In this document: positions 10,877 through 20,941 of the stretch, piece by piece
How positions within the stretch are numbered: the first letter of the stretch is position 1
Layout: each line of letters opens with the position of its first letter
NCBI GenBank assembly: GCA_041178425.1
Contig: JBEGVH010000029.1
Span: 1 to 64,000, forward strand
DNA length: 64,000 bases
Source: Pseudomonadota bacterium
Lineage (GTDB): Bacteria > Bdellovibrionota > Bdellovibrionia > Bdellovibrionales > Bdellovibrionaceae
Direction: 5' to 3'
Program-made: the position numbers and the translations under genes
Notes under the pieces: model-generated
Told to the model about the DNA's origin: nothing
Databases searched by the model: none
Seen by the model: only the letters and a program-made list of their open reading frames with translations

Positions 10877-11509
10877 TTACCTCGTTTGATAGAGTCTGTC
10901 GCCAGCATCACCAAGCCCAGGAACAAGATAACCCTCTTTGGTCATTTCTGATTCGACGGCAACGGCCAGCACAGTCACATCCGGATGAAACTCTTTTAAT
11001 TTAGCAAGCCCCGACTCACTTACCAACAGACTCAGAATTTTAATTTTACCAACATCGTAGCTTTTTAAGCGATCGATCGCCGCAATCGCCGTATCAGCCG
11101 TCGCTATGAGCGGTTCACACAAATAAACCTGACGACCCACATGATCTTCAGGAATTTTAAAGTAATACTCCACCGTGTTTTCAATGAATTTATCACGATA
11201 GATTCCAATGTGCCCGGCCGGTGCAAATGGAATCATTGACAAAACGGCATCAAGCACGGGATTCCCTGCCCGCATAATGGCGATCACCATTGGCGCATTT
11301 TTAATTCTCTTGACCTGAGTTGTTGCAAAGGGAGTTTCAACGTCATGCGTTTCAAACTCAGACCAATCGCTCATGGCTTCGTAGGCCAGAATGCGCGAGA
11401 TTTCTTTGGTGATATCTCTAAAATCAGAGCTCGAGGTCTGTTTATTGCGCAGGATACCCAATTTGTGTTGCAATAAGGGATGTTGAATAAGTCTTAAATT
11501 TGAATTCAT
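10877..11509 (-). CDS. upp: Uracil phosphoribosyltransferase (URC6 equivalent)
   Basis: HPLLQHKL..LR, IMRAG, GHIGIYRD, PLIAT, GYLVPGLGDAGDRLY. Confidence 0.95.
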   Translation of the reverse strand: MNSNLRLIQHPLLQHKLGILRNKQTSSSDFRDITKEISRILAYEAMSDWSEFETHDVETPFATTQVKRIKNAPMVIAIMRAGNPVLDAVLSMIPFAPAGHIGIYRDKFIENTVEYYFKIPEDHVGRQVYLCEPLIATADTAIAAIDRLKSYDVGKIKILSLLVSESGLAKLKEFHPDVTVLAVAVESEMTKEGYLVPGLGDAGDRLYQTR

Positions 11510-11517
11510 CTTGTACC

Positions 11518-12717
11518 TCAAAAAACTGTTCCATCAGAAATGATTTTTACGGGCGGTCCACCATCGGCCCTCTTTATAGAGGCGATCTTTCGCCCGGCCC
11601 ACCATGATCCACCTTCTAAAACTTTAGCCAGCGGAAGCTCTCTTGGAGAAAGGCACAACTTGTTTTGAATGCGCTCCGCTAAACCGTCTAACAATGTGAC
11701 TGTTAAGGCTCTCCACTCGATAGTGATTGGCATTTCGGGAGTGAGACCACAACTCTCAAACCCACGATCTTTAAGTTGAATCAAACCAAGATCCAGAAAG
11801 AGTCCACCATTTCGATATTCGGGGAGCCCCGTTAAAGACTCCACTCCCTCCAATTCGAACCCTCCCAATTGACAAGCATCCAAGAGGGAATAACTCAACC
11901 ATTGAGAAAGCTTATGGAAGGGCACGAGGGATTCAAAACTGCCCTGAGTCCCCAATTTTGGATGCGACCACGTGTCACCAAGTGGAACGCCATTCCAAGT
12001 CAATCTCGACGGCCAAATAGAGCCACAACACAACAAGACAGCGTTTAAAACTTCGGCGGCATCAACCTTATTATTTTTAATAAAACGATTCAGCAAATCG
12101 GATGGGCGACCCGTCGGAAAATGAGATGGATTCTGTAACATTGTAACACCCAGCTGGCGCAGAAGATAGAGCCGGCCTTCGACTCCCACCAACGGATTTT
12201 TATCAGTCACCTGAAAATACCTTAGTAAATCACTTTCCTGAAGCTTTGTTAGCGCAAGAGCATCTGTTTGCAAACCACCTGATGATGACATCTTTTTATC
12301 TAAAAAGAGATAGAGGCTGGCGACCCCCAAACCCTCGGAACGCGTGAAACGTTGACCCGTTTTTAATTCGGCAAATGACCACTGTGGGCCTGCGCCGGCA
12401 TCTAACAAAACCGAAGGAACCACCAAATCAATCAGCATTCTAGCCCGTTCTGTCAATGATTCACCCATGGGATTCAATTCGTTCCAGAGGAGTCGGTCAA
12501 CACCACCGGCCCTAAAATGGCCCAAACGAGAGTGAAAAGGAATTTCTAAAGACGGATATTTATCTAAAATGGTCGCATGAACAAATTCGGTCACCTCGTC
12601 CCATTTCTCCGGATGGTATGAAAAACAACCCTCACCAGAAACGGTGAAATCAAAAATTTGTCGACTGCGTTCACGAACAGCCTGCGGCGATAACAAGTAG
12701 GCAACCTGGCTATCCAT
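11518..12717 (-). CDS. URC4/Urg3 family protein (DUF1688)
   Basis: IPFHSR..HF..GG.DR, SVLLDAGAG..W, RSEGLGVAS, LVPFHKLSQWLSYSL, LTGLPEYRNGGL, EWRALTV, VLEGGSW.AGR, SDGTVF. Confidence 0.92.
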   Translation of the reverse strand: MDSQVAYLLSPQAVRERSRQIFDFTVSGEGCFSYHPEKWDEVTEFVHATILDKYPSLEIPFHSRLGHFRAGGVDRLLWNELNPMGESLTERARMLIDLVVPSVLLDAGAGPQWSFAELKTGQRFTRSEGLGVASLYLFLDKKMSSSGGLQTDALALTKLQESDLLRYFQVTDKNPLVGVEGRLYLLRQLGVTMLQNPSHFPTGRPSDLLNRFIKNNKVDAAEVLNAVLLCCGSIWPSRLTWNGVPLGDTWSHPKLGTQGSFESLVPFHKLSQWLSYSLLDACQLGGFELEGVESLTGLPEYRNGGLFLDLGLIQLKDRGFESCGLTPEMPITIEWRALTVTLLDGLAERIQNKLCLSPRELPLAKVLEGGSWWAGRKIASIKRADGGPPVKIISDGTVF

Positions 12718-12718
12718 A

Positions 12719-13972
12719 TTATTCTTCAATCTTTCTTCCAAGAACTTTTTTTCGACTTTTTCCTATGGGACTTGGATCACTCGAAAAATAACCTGCCGCT
12801 TTTTTCGCTTCCATTTCAACTTGGGCATCTTGGGGTATTAGGTCATCTGGAATAGCAATCCTATTTTGAATCTCGATGCCACTTTTCACAATAGCATCGT
12901 ATTTCATATTACTCATGGAATGCATATTGTGTATGACCTTGATTCCAAGCCAATGCAGAGGATCTGGCATGAGCTCTTGAAAACGTGCATCTTCCACTCC
13001 CGCAACACACTCCGTGCGATGAAAATAATTGGCTGGAGTGTCGCCCCCACTCTGACGTTTACGGGCGTTATAAACAAGAAATTTTGTTACTTCTCCAAGA
13101 GCGCGCCCTTCTTTACGATAATAAGCAATAATTCCGACCCCACCTCGCTGAGCGGTTCGTGCTGCATCTTCAATTCCATACATTAAATACGGCCTGCAAG
13201 TGCAGATATCGGAACCAAAAACATCAGACCCATTACACTCATCATGAACTCGACACGTCAACTCAACATGAGGGTTCGATAGATCTTTTGGGTTTCCAAA
13301 AATATAAATGCTGGTGGACCCAATGGGCGGCAGGAAGACTTTTAAATCTGGTCTTGTTACCAACTCAGGAAACATTCCTCCTGTTTCCTGAAAAAGAATT
13401 TTTCGCAAGATTCCTTCTTCGATTTGCAGTCGTTTTGCAATGCCAGGAAGATACCAGACCGGCTCAATGGCCACCTTCGTCGTGCGAATGTCGTTGTTCG
13501 ACGAAATAATATTACCGTCTACATGAAGGCGCCCTTTAGCAATGGCCTCTTGAATTTCGCCTATCTGCAGCCGCGCCTGAGTGACGGCTATGGTCGGACG
13601 GATATCATATCCTTTTTGAAAGAATCGACCAAAATTAATATTTACGTCAGCCCCCCAAGGATCGATTGAAACTATTTTGTCTGCATCGAACCAAGATTCA
13701 AAAGGACCAAATTTCGTTGTGCCATCGGTGAGCGTAAGATCCGGTTTAAAAGTCATTGGAAACTTTCCGGCCGCAATAGAAAGTGCGCGATAAACGGTAT
13801 AAGATCCTGAGTGGGTTCCTATCGCATTGCGCTTTCGAGTGTCTGTTAACGAAGCAACAACTGGCCCCCGCGTCTCGGGACTCTGCGCTCCCCAATGAAT
13901 GGGAAGACTTTCCTTATACATTTGCGAAGCATGAGTGGTGAGAACAACATGACTTGATTTTTTATGACTCAT
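12719..13972 (-). CDS. URC1-type GTP cyclohydrolase II-like protein (uracil-nucleotide cyclohydrolase)
   Basis: N-terminal extension (IHWGA..P..RGPV, RNAIGTHSGSY), RVHDECNGSDVFGSDICTCRP Zn-Cys motif, RKEGRALGEVTKFLVYNARK, DARFQELMPD; adjacent to URC4-like and upp. Confidence 0.92.
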   Translation of the reverse strand: MSHKKSSHVVLTTHASQMYKESLPIHWGAQSPETRGPVVASLTDTRKRNAIGTHSGSYTVYRALSIAAGKFPMTFKPDLTLTDGTTKFGPFESWFDADKIVSIDPWGADVNINFGRFFQKGYDIRPTIAVTQARLQIGEIQEAIAKGRLHVDGNIISSNNDIRTTKVAIEPVWYLPGIAKRLQIEEGILRKILFQETGGMFPELVTRPDLKVFLPPIGSTSIYIFGNPKDLSNPHVELTCRVHDECNGSDVFGSDICTCRPYLMYGIEDAARTAQRGGVGIIAYYRKEGRALGEVTKFLVYNARKRQSGGDTPANYFHRTECVAGVEDARFQELMPDPLHWLGIKVIHNMHSMSNMKYDAIVKSGIEIQNRIAIPDDLIPQDAQVEMEAKKAAGYFSSDPSPIGKSRKKVLGRKIEE

Positions 13973-13984
13973 ATTTGAATTCCT

Positions 13985-15493
13985 TTATGACATCCACGTT
14001 TGATCCGCCTGGGCTTCCCATTTGGTCGTTACTTTTTTGAGGTTAGTCCAAAAATCCAAGCTGTGATGACCCGTGATGTCGCCATGACCAAACTTGGAAC
14101 TATTAATTCCACCAAAAGAAAAAGGTTCCCTGGGAACTGGTACACCAACGTTCACACCAACCATTCCCGACTTTGCCGACTGAATTACTTTTTCTGCGAG
14201 GGCCCCAGAGGAGGTAAACACAGAACATGCATTTCCATACGGGTTCTTATTTTCAATCTTCATGGCTTCTGCGATTGAATCACATCTAACGATCGAAAGA
14301 ATCGGACCAAAAAGCTCCTCGCTACAACATTCCATGTCCGCATTGACCTGATCGAGAATGGTAGGTCCAATCCAAAATCCTCCCGCTAAATTCTGTGGAA
14401 TCATTTTTTGACGGCCATCAAGAAGAACTTTCGCTCCCGCTTTTATCGCGCTTTCGATGGCAGTACTAAGAAACTCTACTTGTTTGCGAGAAATAATTGC
14501 GCCCATATCCACGCCTAATTTCAAAGAGTCTGCCCGAGCAACGATTCGATCAAGATGTTGATTCACATCCCCTACAGCCAATACAACCGAGGCCGCCATG
14601 CACCGCTGACCAGCGCAGCCAGTGAAAGAATCTGATATTCCCATTCCGCTTAATTCCAGGTTGGCGTCGGGTAAGAGAACAATGTGATTCTTGGCTCCAC
14701 CGAGAGCTAAAACTCTTTTACCCAAACCAGTGCCGCGTTCGTAAACGGCCTTTGCAACCGCCGTCGAACCCACAAAGCCAATAGCCTTTATCAAAGGGTT
14801 ATCAATGATCGCTTCCACAGTGCTACGATCACCCTGAATCACTTGCAACAAACCAGGCGGCAAGCCTGCCTCTTTTAAACTTTGCGCCAGGAGGTTAGAA
14901 GTAAGAGGAGTTTTTTCTGAGGGCTTCCAAACATAAGCATTACCAAGAGTCAGCGCGATTGGGAGTGTCCACATTGGAACCATTGCTGGAAAATTGAAGG
15001 GCGTAATATTAGCAATTACGCCAAGGGGCTCACGACGATACTCGCAATGAACACCACGAGACACTTCGATCTTTCCTCCCAAATCAAGATTTTGGAGACT
15101 CAATGCGAATTCTAAAACTTCGACCCCTTTACTCAAACCTGCTTTTGCTTCTGCCCATGTTTTTCCGCTTTCGCTGGCAACCACGTGGCTATACTGATCA
15201 ATGTTCTTAAGTAAAATTTCGCGCCAATTAAACATGATTCGAGAGCGCTCTTTAATGGGCGTCAATCCCCACTCCCGTTGCGCCCTTTGAGCTGAATCAA
15301 CCGCCTTGCTGACATCTCCGACGGTAGATTGATGATACTCTCCAATCACGGATCCAATGTACGGAGAAATCACGGGCACTAAAGGCCCCGTTCCCGCCAC
15401 AAATTGATTGTCGACAAAGTTTTTACACTCACTTTTTGTAGTGGGAATAATTACCTGCAAGAGACCCTCCAAAGGATTATTATCTCTTAGCAT
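13985..15493 (-). CDS. mmsA: CoA-acylating (methyl)malonate-semialdehyde dehydrogenase
   Basis: ITPFNFPAMVPMW, KPSEKTP, FVGST, LGGAKNH, GCAGQRCMA, EELFGP, VGVNVGVPVP. Confidence 0.9.
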   Translation of the reverse strand: MLRDNNPLEGLLQVIIPTTKSECKNFVDNQFVAGTGPLVPVISPYIGSVIGEYHQSTVGDVSKAVDSAQRAQREWGLTPIKERSRIMFNWREILLKNIDQYSHVVASESGKTWAEAKAGLSKGVEVLEFALSLQNLDLGGKIEVSRGVHCEYRREPLGVIANITPFNFPAMVPMWTLPIALTLGNAYVWKPSEKTPLTSNLLAQSLKEAGLPPGLLQVIQGDRSTVEAIIDNPLIKAIGFVGSTAVAKAVYERGTGLGKRVLALGGAKNHIVLLPDANLELSGMGISDSFTGCAGQRCMAASVVLAVGDVNQHLDRIVARADSLKLGVDMGAIISRKQVEFLSTAIESAIKAGAKVLLDGRQKMIPQNLAGGFWIGPTILDQVNADMECCSEELFGPILSIVRCDSIAEAMKIENKNPYGNACSVFTSSGALAEKVIQSAKSGMVGVNVGVPVPREPFSFGGINSSKFGHGDITGHHSLDFWTNLKKVTTKWEAQADQTWMS

Positions 15494-15567
15494 TTTAGAT
15501 TATCGCAAGAGAGCGAAGGTCGAGGAAACGACCACGGAAGACCAGGTGATGTTTAACCTGGCCTCGA

Positions 15568-16020
15568 CTAAAGAGACAGTTCTTCTCTCGCACACCTCTG
15601 AAAAGCGGGAATATGGCGATCTTTTGATGCTCCCTTAAGGTATTCAAACAACCTGCGCACGTCTTGATTAGTCTCTTGCTTCAAAGCTTCTTCATAAAAT
15701 ACTACATTCTCTTGCTCGAGCTCTACGGCGCCAGAACAGGCCTCTCTGTAGGAGCTGTAGTCTGAAACGATAAAGTTTTCTTGTTGATCGAGGTCAATAC
15801 CCAGCTTATTAGCCATACTAACAACATGATTGCGATGCACATACTCGGCGCCAATAATATTTGAAAACGGTGGCTTGGAGCCAAACTTATCTATCACTTT
15901 CGAGTAGGTACGAATGGCTTTTGTTTCTTCAGTCCAAGCACCGTCAAGACCCTCTTTGGTCGAATAGGCGTGGCTATAGCAAGCAAAGATCACACTCAAA
16001 ATAAAAAATGTTTTGCTCAT
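15568..16020 (-). CDS. Exported ferritin-like protein (DUF2202-like)
   Basis: Signal peptide; EE.KA..TY, PFSNI..AE..H, E.EN..FY, L..AS..RH.PAF.RC. Confidence 0.7.
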   Translation of the reverse strand: MSKTFFILSVIFACYSHAYSTKEGLDGAWTEETKAIRTYSKVIDKFGSKPPFSNIIGAEYVHRNHVVSMANKLGIDLDQQENFIVSDYSSYREACSGAVELEQENVVFYEEALKQETNQDVRRLFEYLKGASKDRHIPAFQRCAREELSL

Positions 16021-16132
16021 AAGGATGTCCCCTTTCACCGGTTGAGTTTGAAGGCTTTTAAAACCTTATCAAACTCGCCACACGATGAGACACTTAAGTC
16101 TCCTTAAAAGCCTCTTGGGAACAAAATCATCA

Positions 16133-17395
16133 CTACTTAACTTGGGACGTTGCTGGAATCATCACGAAAGTACTCGCACCTTCAAGACCTTTTAAACGAT
16201 AGGTAGAATCTCCCGCTTTAATGAGAGTGAGACTATTGGCAATCTCCTTGGCCGTACCATTAATCTCCAACTCAAATAAAACACTTTGAGAAGCGATCAC
16301 TCTCTCCCGCACTTGGCGGATTGATCGATTGGAGGCCTTCAGCGCGTCTTTGAATGAATCATATTTGTTTATGGGCATGGACCCTTTCACTTCTAGCCGC
16401 ACTAAGGTTGCCGTTAAAACACCCTTTTCCCAAGCATCAGATAATTGCTGACCAATGTCTTTATAGGCCTGCAAAACAAAGCCAAGATTCTTTTTTAAAC
16501 TCATGTTGTCGAGGGTTTCATTTTTACTTAATTTATTCTGACGGTAGAGTTGGGCGAGCACGCGACCGGTTCCCACTTGGGTGACGGCCAAACGAAAGTC
16601 AAAAACAATTTCATAATTTTGATCACGATGAATAGTGAGATCACCTGTCATAACCAAGGGAATACCCCATCGGTTGCAGAGCGAATAAATTTGTTCATTG
16701 GTGAGAGAATCGTACTGATATCCTGAAGGAATCATCAGCCGCATATTCGCAGCATTGGGTCGTTGTACATAGAAACCCATCGCAAACAAATTTTTCTGAA
16801 GATTAGATTCAAGGAATTCACCCATCGTTTTTAAGCCCATCGCATTTGACGGCCGCCACCAAGCAAAACCTTCGCCACGAACTTGGTCGTCAATAGATAT
16901 AAAAGGGATCATCATCGGTGCACTCTCGTTATCCGAAAACAGGCCCTGTTCCTGTAGCAAGGATTCCAAAAGCTTGGCATTGATCTGAAGAGTGACAGTC
17001 ACTTTTTGCCCCTCCTCCGTAGCCACCGGCTCACTCGTTTTGATGACTGGAATAAAACGGCTTGTGTGTCGAAAAACTTTATCAACGATCAGAGATTTAT
17101 TCTTCTTGTATCGGGCATCGCCGAGAATCGATTGCACGACGTCTTCAGATACTTTTAGCGTGGCTTCATCAACGATTTTGCGTCGTGCTTGAACGGGGCT
17201 TTCGACTTTTGTCTTACCCTCATACACTTTTTCTATGAATCCAGCGGGCAGGCCAGATGTTTTCTCAAAGGCAGATGCACTCGTCGTCGCTGTTTTGGAG
17301 ACCGCATCTGGAGACCTTACCTCGACGTTTTGTGCAAAGCCCGGAGCCCCTAAAAGCAAGGCAACAAATCCATACTGTATGATCGGCAACTTCAT
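16133..17395 (-). CDS. Hypothetical exported protein, translationally coupled to dnaE
   Basis: Signal peptide MKLPIIQYGFVALLLGAPGFA; ATGA overlap with the dnaE stop. Confidence 0.8.
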   Translation of the reverse strand: MKLPIIQYGFVALLLGAPGFAQNVEVRSPDAVSKTATTSASAFEKTSGLPAGFIEKVYEGKTKVESPVQARRKIVDEATLKVSEDVVQSILGDARYKKNKSLIVDKVFRHTSRFIPVIKTSEPVATEEGQKVTVTLQINAKLLESLLQEQGLFSDNESAPMMIPFISIDDQVRGEGFAWWRPSNAMGLKTMGEFLESNLQKNLFAMGFYVQRPNAANMRLMIPSGYQYDSLTNEQIYSLCNRWGIPLVMTGDLTIHRDQNYEIVFDFRLAVTQVGTGRVLAQLYRQNKLSKNETLDNMSLKKNLGFVLQAYKDIGQQLSDAWEKGVLTATLVRLEVKGSMPINKYDSFKDALKASNRSIRQVRERVIASQSVLFELEINGTAKEIANSLTLIKAGDSTYRLKGLEGASTFVMIPATSQVK

Positions 17396-20300
17396 GTTCC
17401 TCCCTTGAGTTCGAGAAAATCGGTTCGCCCAAATTGCGACCTTAGGCTCTCAATAAACTCATTATCTAGTTTCACCTTAAAAGAGCTTCCAAGCTCCATC
17501 ATCACGCTTTTCTTGAGCTCTGGAATATCAATTTGCAGCAAAACTTCGGTCGATCCCGGATTTGACTTGATCACATCCATCAGTTGCTGCAGTTCTTGCT
17601 CAGACCAATCTTTAAGCCTAAAAGTTAGTACCCTAATCTTTAAAAGCATTTCTTCGAGTGTTGTTACAGTATCAACAATAATTTTAGGCACCTGATTTTC
17701 GACTTCTAATAAGCCACCAATAAGAAGAGGACGCTCTTCTCTGAAGAACGGTTCCGTTTTGGCAAAAACATCGGGAAATATCACCAATTCCACATTGCCC
17801 GTAAGATCCTCGAGGCGACCGAATGCCATTCGAGTCCCCTTTTTAGTGATGAGATCACGAAACTCACTTATAATTCCCGACAACATCACTCGCGGTTTAC
17901 CGTAGTCTCGCTGCCGAACCCCTTCAGGAGGAGCTGGAGGCTCGATTTCTCCTCGTTTTTCCCAATAGGAAACTAAACCATTAATATCGCAAGTTTGCCA
18001 CAAAGCACTCAAGGAGGCCGACCCCTGCAGGGGATGATCAGAGAGATAAAATCCGATGACTTCTTTTTCGAGTGCCAATCGACCAAGTCGCCCCCAGGGC
18101 TTCACTGCATCGAGAACCACATTTTCTTCATTGCTGGCTTCGCCCATCATTTCAAACAAACTGACCTGTCCGAATTCAGACTCCTTCTTTTTACGTTCGG
18201 CCCGATCAATAAATTTTGTATACTGAGAGAGCAACTGGGCCCGATGAGGTCCAAATTGATCAAGAGCTCCTGCCTTGATGAGACATTCTATCACTTTCTT
18301 ATTTATTTTTCTTAAATCCACAACTTCGAAAAACTGTTCAAGGCTTTCGAATTTACCGCCCGGCAAAGACTCTCGACTCTCAACAATCGACTCCACCGCC
18401 GCTTGCCCAACACCTTTGATGGCGCCGAGACCAAAATAAATTTTATCGCCGTGAACGGCAAAATGAAAATCAGAATAATTCACATGAGGGGGCACAACCT
18501 CAAGATTGTGCCTTTGTGCATCTTTTGAGTATTTAACGACTTTATCCGTGTCACTCATCTCGGTAGAAAGAAGTGCTGCGAAAAATTCCGCCGGATAGTA
18601 GTTTTTTAACCAAGCCGTGTGAGCGGCCACAACACAATAGGCGGCCGCATGTGATTTGTTGAAACCATAATCTGCGAACTTGTACATGAGATCAAAAAGC
18701 TCATCAGACTTTTTCTCATCGTGGCCCCGCTCTTTTGCTCCTCGCAAAAATCGAACTCGATGCTGATCCATTTCTTCTTTGATCTTTTTACCCATAGCCC
18801 TTCGAAGCATATCCGCTTCTCCAAGACTATAACCGGCGATGATCGAAGCGATCCCCATGACCTGTTCTTGGTAAACAATAATACCGTAAGTGTCTTGAAG
18901 AACATCTTTGAGTTCTTCAAATAAATACTCCACAGGTGATTCGCCATGCTTTCTCTTGGCAAATTCGGGAATCATCGCCATAGGACCCGGACGATAAAGG
19001 GCGTTGATCGCTGTGATATCACCAAAACTGGTTGGGCGAATCTGACGAATAGCATCGCTGATGCCTTCACCTTCGAACTGAAAAATTCCAGCAGTATCGC
19101 CGCGAGACATAATTTCGTAAATTCCGGCATCGCTCAGCGGAATATCCTGCGGTCGAATTTTTTTATCGCGATTTTTTTCAATCATCTTCAGCGCATTATG
19201 AATATGCGTCAGCGTCTTTAATCCTAAAAAATCAAATTTAATCAGGCCAATCTTCTCGGCATGCTTCATGTCGTACTGAACAACATTCTCGCCGTCGGTC
19301 CCACGATATAAAGGAGCATGCTCCACGAGTCGACCATCAGCAATAATTACACCCGCCGCATGAATACCCGCATGACGTGCGAGCCCCTCGATCCTCTGGG
19401 CCAACTCCATCATGGTGGCCACTTGAGGATTCATCTCCATCATCTCTCGCAGCCGAGGCTCCATTTCAATGGCCTCTTTGAGGGTGATTCCCAACTTTTC
19501 AGGCATGAGCTTTGCCACCACGTCAACTTCAGAAAAAGACATTCCAAGAACGCGACCCACATCTCGTAGTGCCGCTCGGGCCTGTAGTTTTCCGTAGGTG
19601 ATGATCTGACTCACACTATCTACGCCATATTTTTCGATTACGTATTGAATCACTTCGCCCCGTCTATCTTGGCAAAAATCAATATCGAAATCGGGCATCG
19701 AAATACGCTCTGGATTGAGAAACCGTTCAAAAAGAAGTTGGTGGGGCAAAGGATCAAGATCGGTAATTCGCAAGCAAAAAGCCACCAAGCTTCCTGCCCC
19801 AGAACCCCGACCTGGCCCTACGGGAATATCTTGCGACTTTGCCCAATTAATGAAGTCTTGGACAATGAGAAAGTAACCATTAAAGCCCATTCGATCAATG
19901 ATCTTGAGTTCGTAATCAAGGCGCTCATGATAGGTGGGAATATTTTCTTGTTTTACAGCCTCTCCGCGATCAGCAGCCTCTTTGAGTCTGTGATCGAGCC
20001 CTTCAAAAGAAAGACGCCGAATCTCTTCATTCGTGGTTACGCCTCCTCTGGTAGGAAAACTGGGCAAATGATAAATGGGTTTACCCTGATCGTCTTTGAG
20101 CTTAAAATTGACCTTACAACGTGAAGCAATTTCTAGAGTTCGGTCACAGTATTCGGGATGATCATGAAACAGAGCCCGCATTTCTTCGGGACTTTTTAAA
20201 TAAAACTGATCACTCCCCAACCGCGGCCGACTCTCGTCTTGAATGGTGCGGTTGGTACCGATACAAACCATCACCTCTTGAGCCATCTGATCATCTTTAA

Positions 20301-20934
20301 CCAGGTAATGAACGTCGTTTGCAGCAACAATAGGTACACCCGTGATTCGCGATGCCTCTTCTAAAAAGGGATTAACCTGCAGCCAGTCACGGATTCCTGT
20401 TCGGTTCGTTTCTAAATACAGTCGATCTGAAAAAATTCCCTGTAATTGACGAAGTCGCTCGAGGGCACGTTCAGGTCCTTCGTGCAAAAACATTTGTGGA
20501 ATTTCTCCCATGATACCACCGGTAAGACATAAGATATCCTGAGAATATTGAGCTAAAACTTCGTAATCAATTCGGGGCTTATAATAGAACCCCTGTTGAT
20601 AACCAATTGTGCTTAACTGACAGAGATTGCGATAACCTTGAGGATTTTGGGCTAATAACACCAAACGCCGAAGCGGATACTTAGTAGAATCCCGATCTTG
20701 TGTTTTTTGATGCCGACTCCCTGGCGCCAAATAAACCTCACAACCAACAATGGGATTAATCCCTGTATCTTTACCTGCAAAATAAAACTCGATAGCCCCA
20801 AACATGTTCCCATGATCGGTCAAAGCGATGGCCGGCATTTGCAGTTGCGCCGCTTTCTTAACCAACGCTTTTGCTTTTATGCTGGCCTCTAAAAGCGAAT
20901 ACTCGCTATGAGCATGCAGGTGAACGAAAGACAT
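17392..20934 (-). CDS. dnaE: DNA polymerase III alpha subunit
   Basis: FVHLHAHSEYSLL PHP domain, GPGRGSGAGS, PDFDIDF, KFDFLGL, YGFNKSH, OB fold. Confidence 0.98.
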   Translation of the reverse strand: MSFVHLHAHSEYSLLEASIKAKALVKKAAQLQMPAIALTDHGNMFGAIEFYFAGKDTGINPIVGCEVYLAPGSRHQKTQDRDSTKYPLRRLVLLAQNPQGYRNLCQLSTIGYQQGFYYKPRIDYEVLAQYSQDILCLTGGIMGEIPQMFLHEGPERALERLRQLQGIFSDRLYLETNRTGIRDWLQVNPFLEEASRITGVPIVAANDVHYLVKDDQMAQEVMVCIGTNRTIQDESRPRLGSDQFYLKSPEEMRALFHDHPEYCDRTLEIASRCKVNFKLKDDQGKPIYHLPSFPTRGGVTTNEEIRRLSFEGLDHRLKEAADRGEAVKQENIPTYHERLDYELKIIDRMGFNGYFLIVQDFINWAKSQDIPVGPGRGSGAGSLVAFCLRITDLDPLPHQLLFERFLNPERISMPDFDIDFCQDRRGEVIQYVIEKYGVDSVSQIITYGKLQARAALRDVGRVLGMSFSEVDVVAKLMPEKLGITLKEAIEMEPRLREMMEMNPQVATMMELAQRIEGLARHAGIHAAGVIIADGRLVEHAPLYRGTDGENVVQYDMKHAEKIGLIKFDFLGLKTLTHIHNALKMIEKNRDKKIRPQDIPLSDAGIYEIMSRGDTAGIFQFEGEGISDAIRQIRPTSFGDITAINALYRPGPMAMIPEFAKRKHGESPVEYLFEELKDVLQDTYGIIVYQEQVMGIASIIAGYSLGEADMLRRAMGKKIKEEMDQHRVRFLRGAKERGHDEKKSDELFDLMYKFADYGFNKSHAAAYCVVAAHTAWLKNYYPAEFFAALLSTEMSDTDKVVKYSKDAQRHNLEVVPPHVNYSDFHFAVHGDKIYFGLGAIKGVGQAAVESIVESRESLPGGKFESLEQFFEVVDLRKINKKVIECLIKAGALDQFGPHRAQLLSQYTKFIDRAERKKKESEFGQVSLFEMMGEASNEENVVLDAVKPWGRLGRLALEKEVIGFYLSDHPLQGSASLSALWQTCDINGLVSYWEKRGEIEPPAPPEGVRQRDYGKPRVMLSGIISEFRDLITKKGTRMAFGRLEDLTGNVELVIFPDVFAKTEPFFREERPLLIGGLLEVENQVPKIIVDTVTTLEEMLLKIRVLTFRLKDWSEQELQQLMDVIKSNPGSTEVLLQIDIPELKKSVMMELGSSFKVKLDNEFIESLRSQFGRTDFLELKGGT

Positions 20935-20941
20935 CGATCAG

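Noticed and set aside
12719..13972. Riboflavin-pathway ribA
   Set aside because: The long URC1-type N-terminal domain and URC4/upp/udk neighbours, with no rib genes nearby, point to uracil catabolism.
17392..20934. Intein or split in dnaE
   Set aside because: Normal length (1180 aa), continuous motifs and no intein-like C...HN block.
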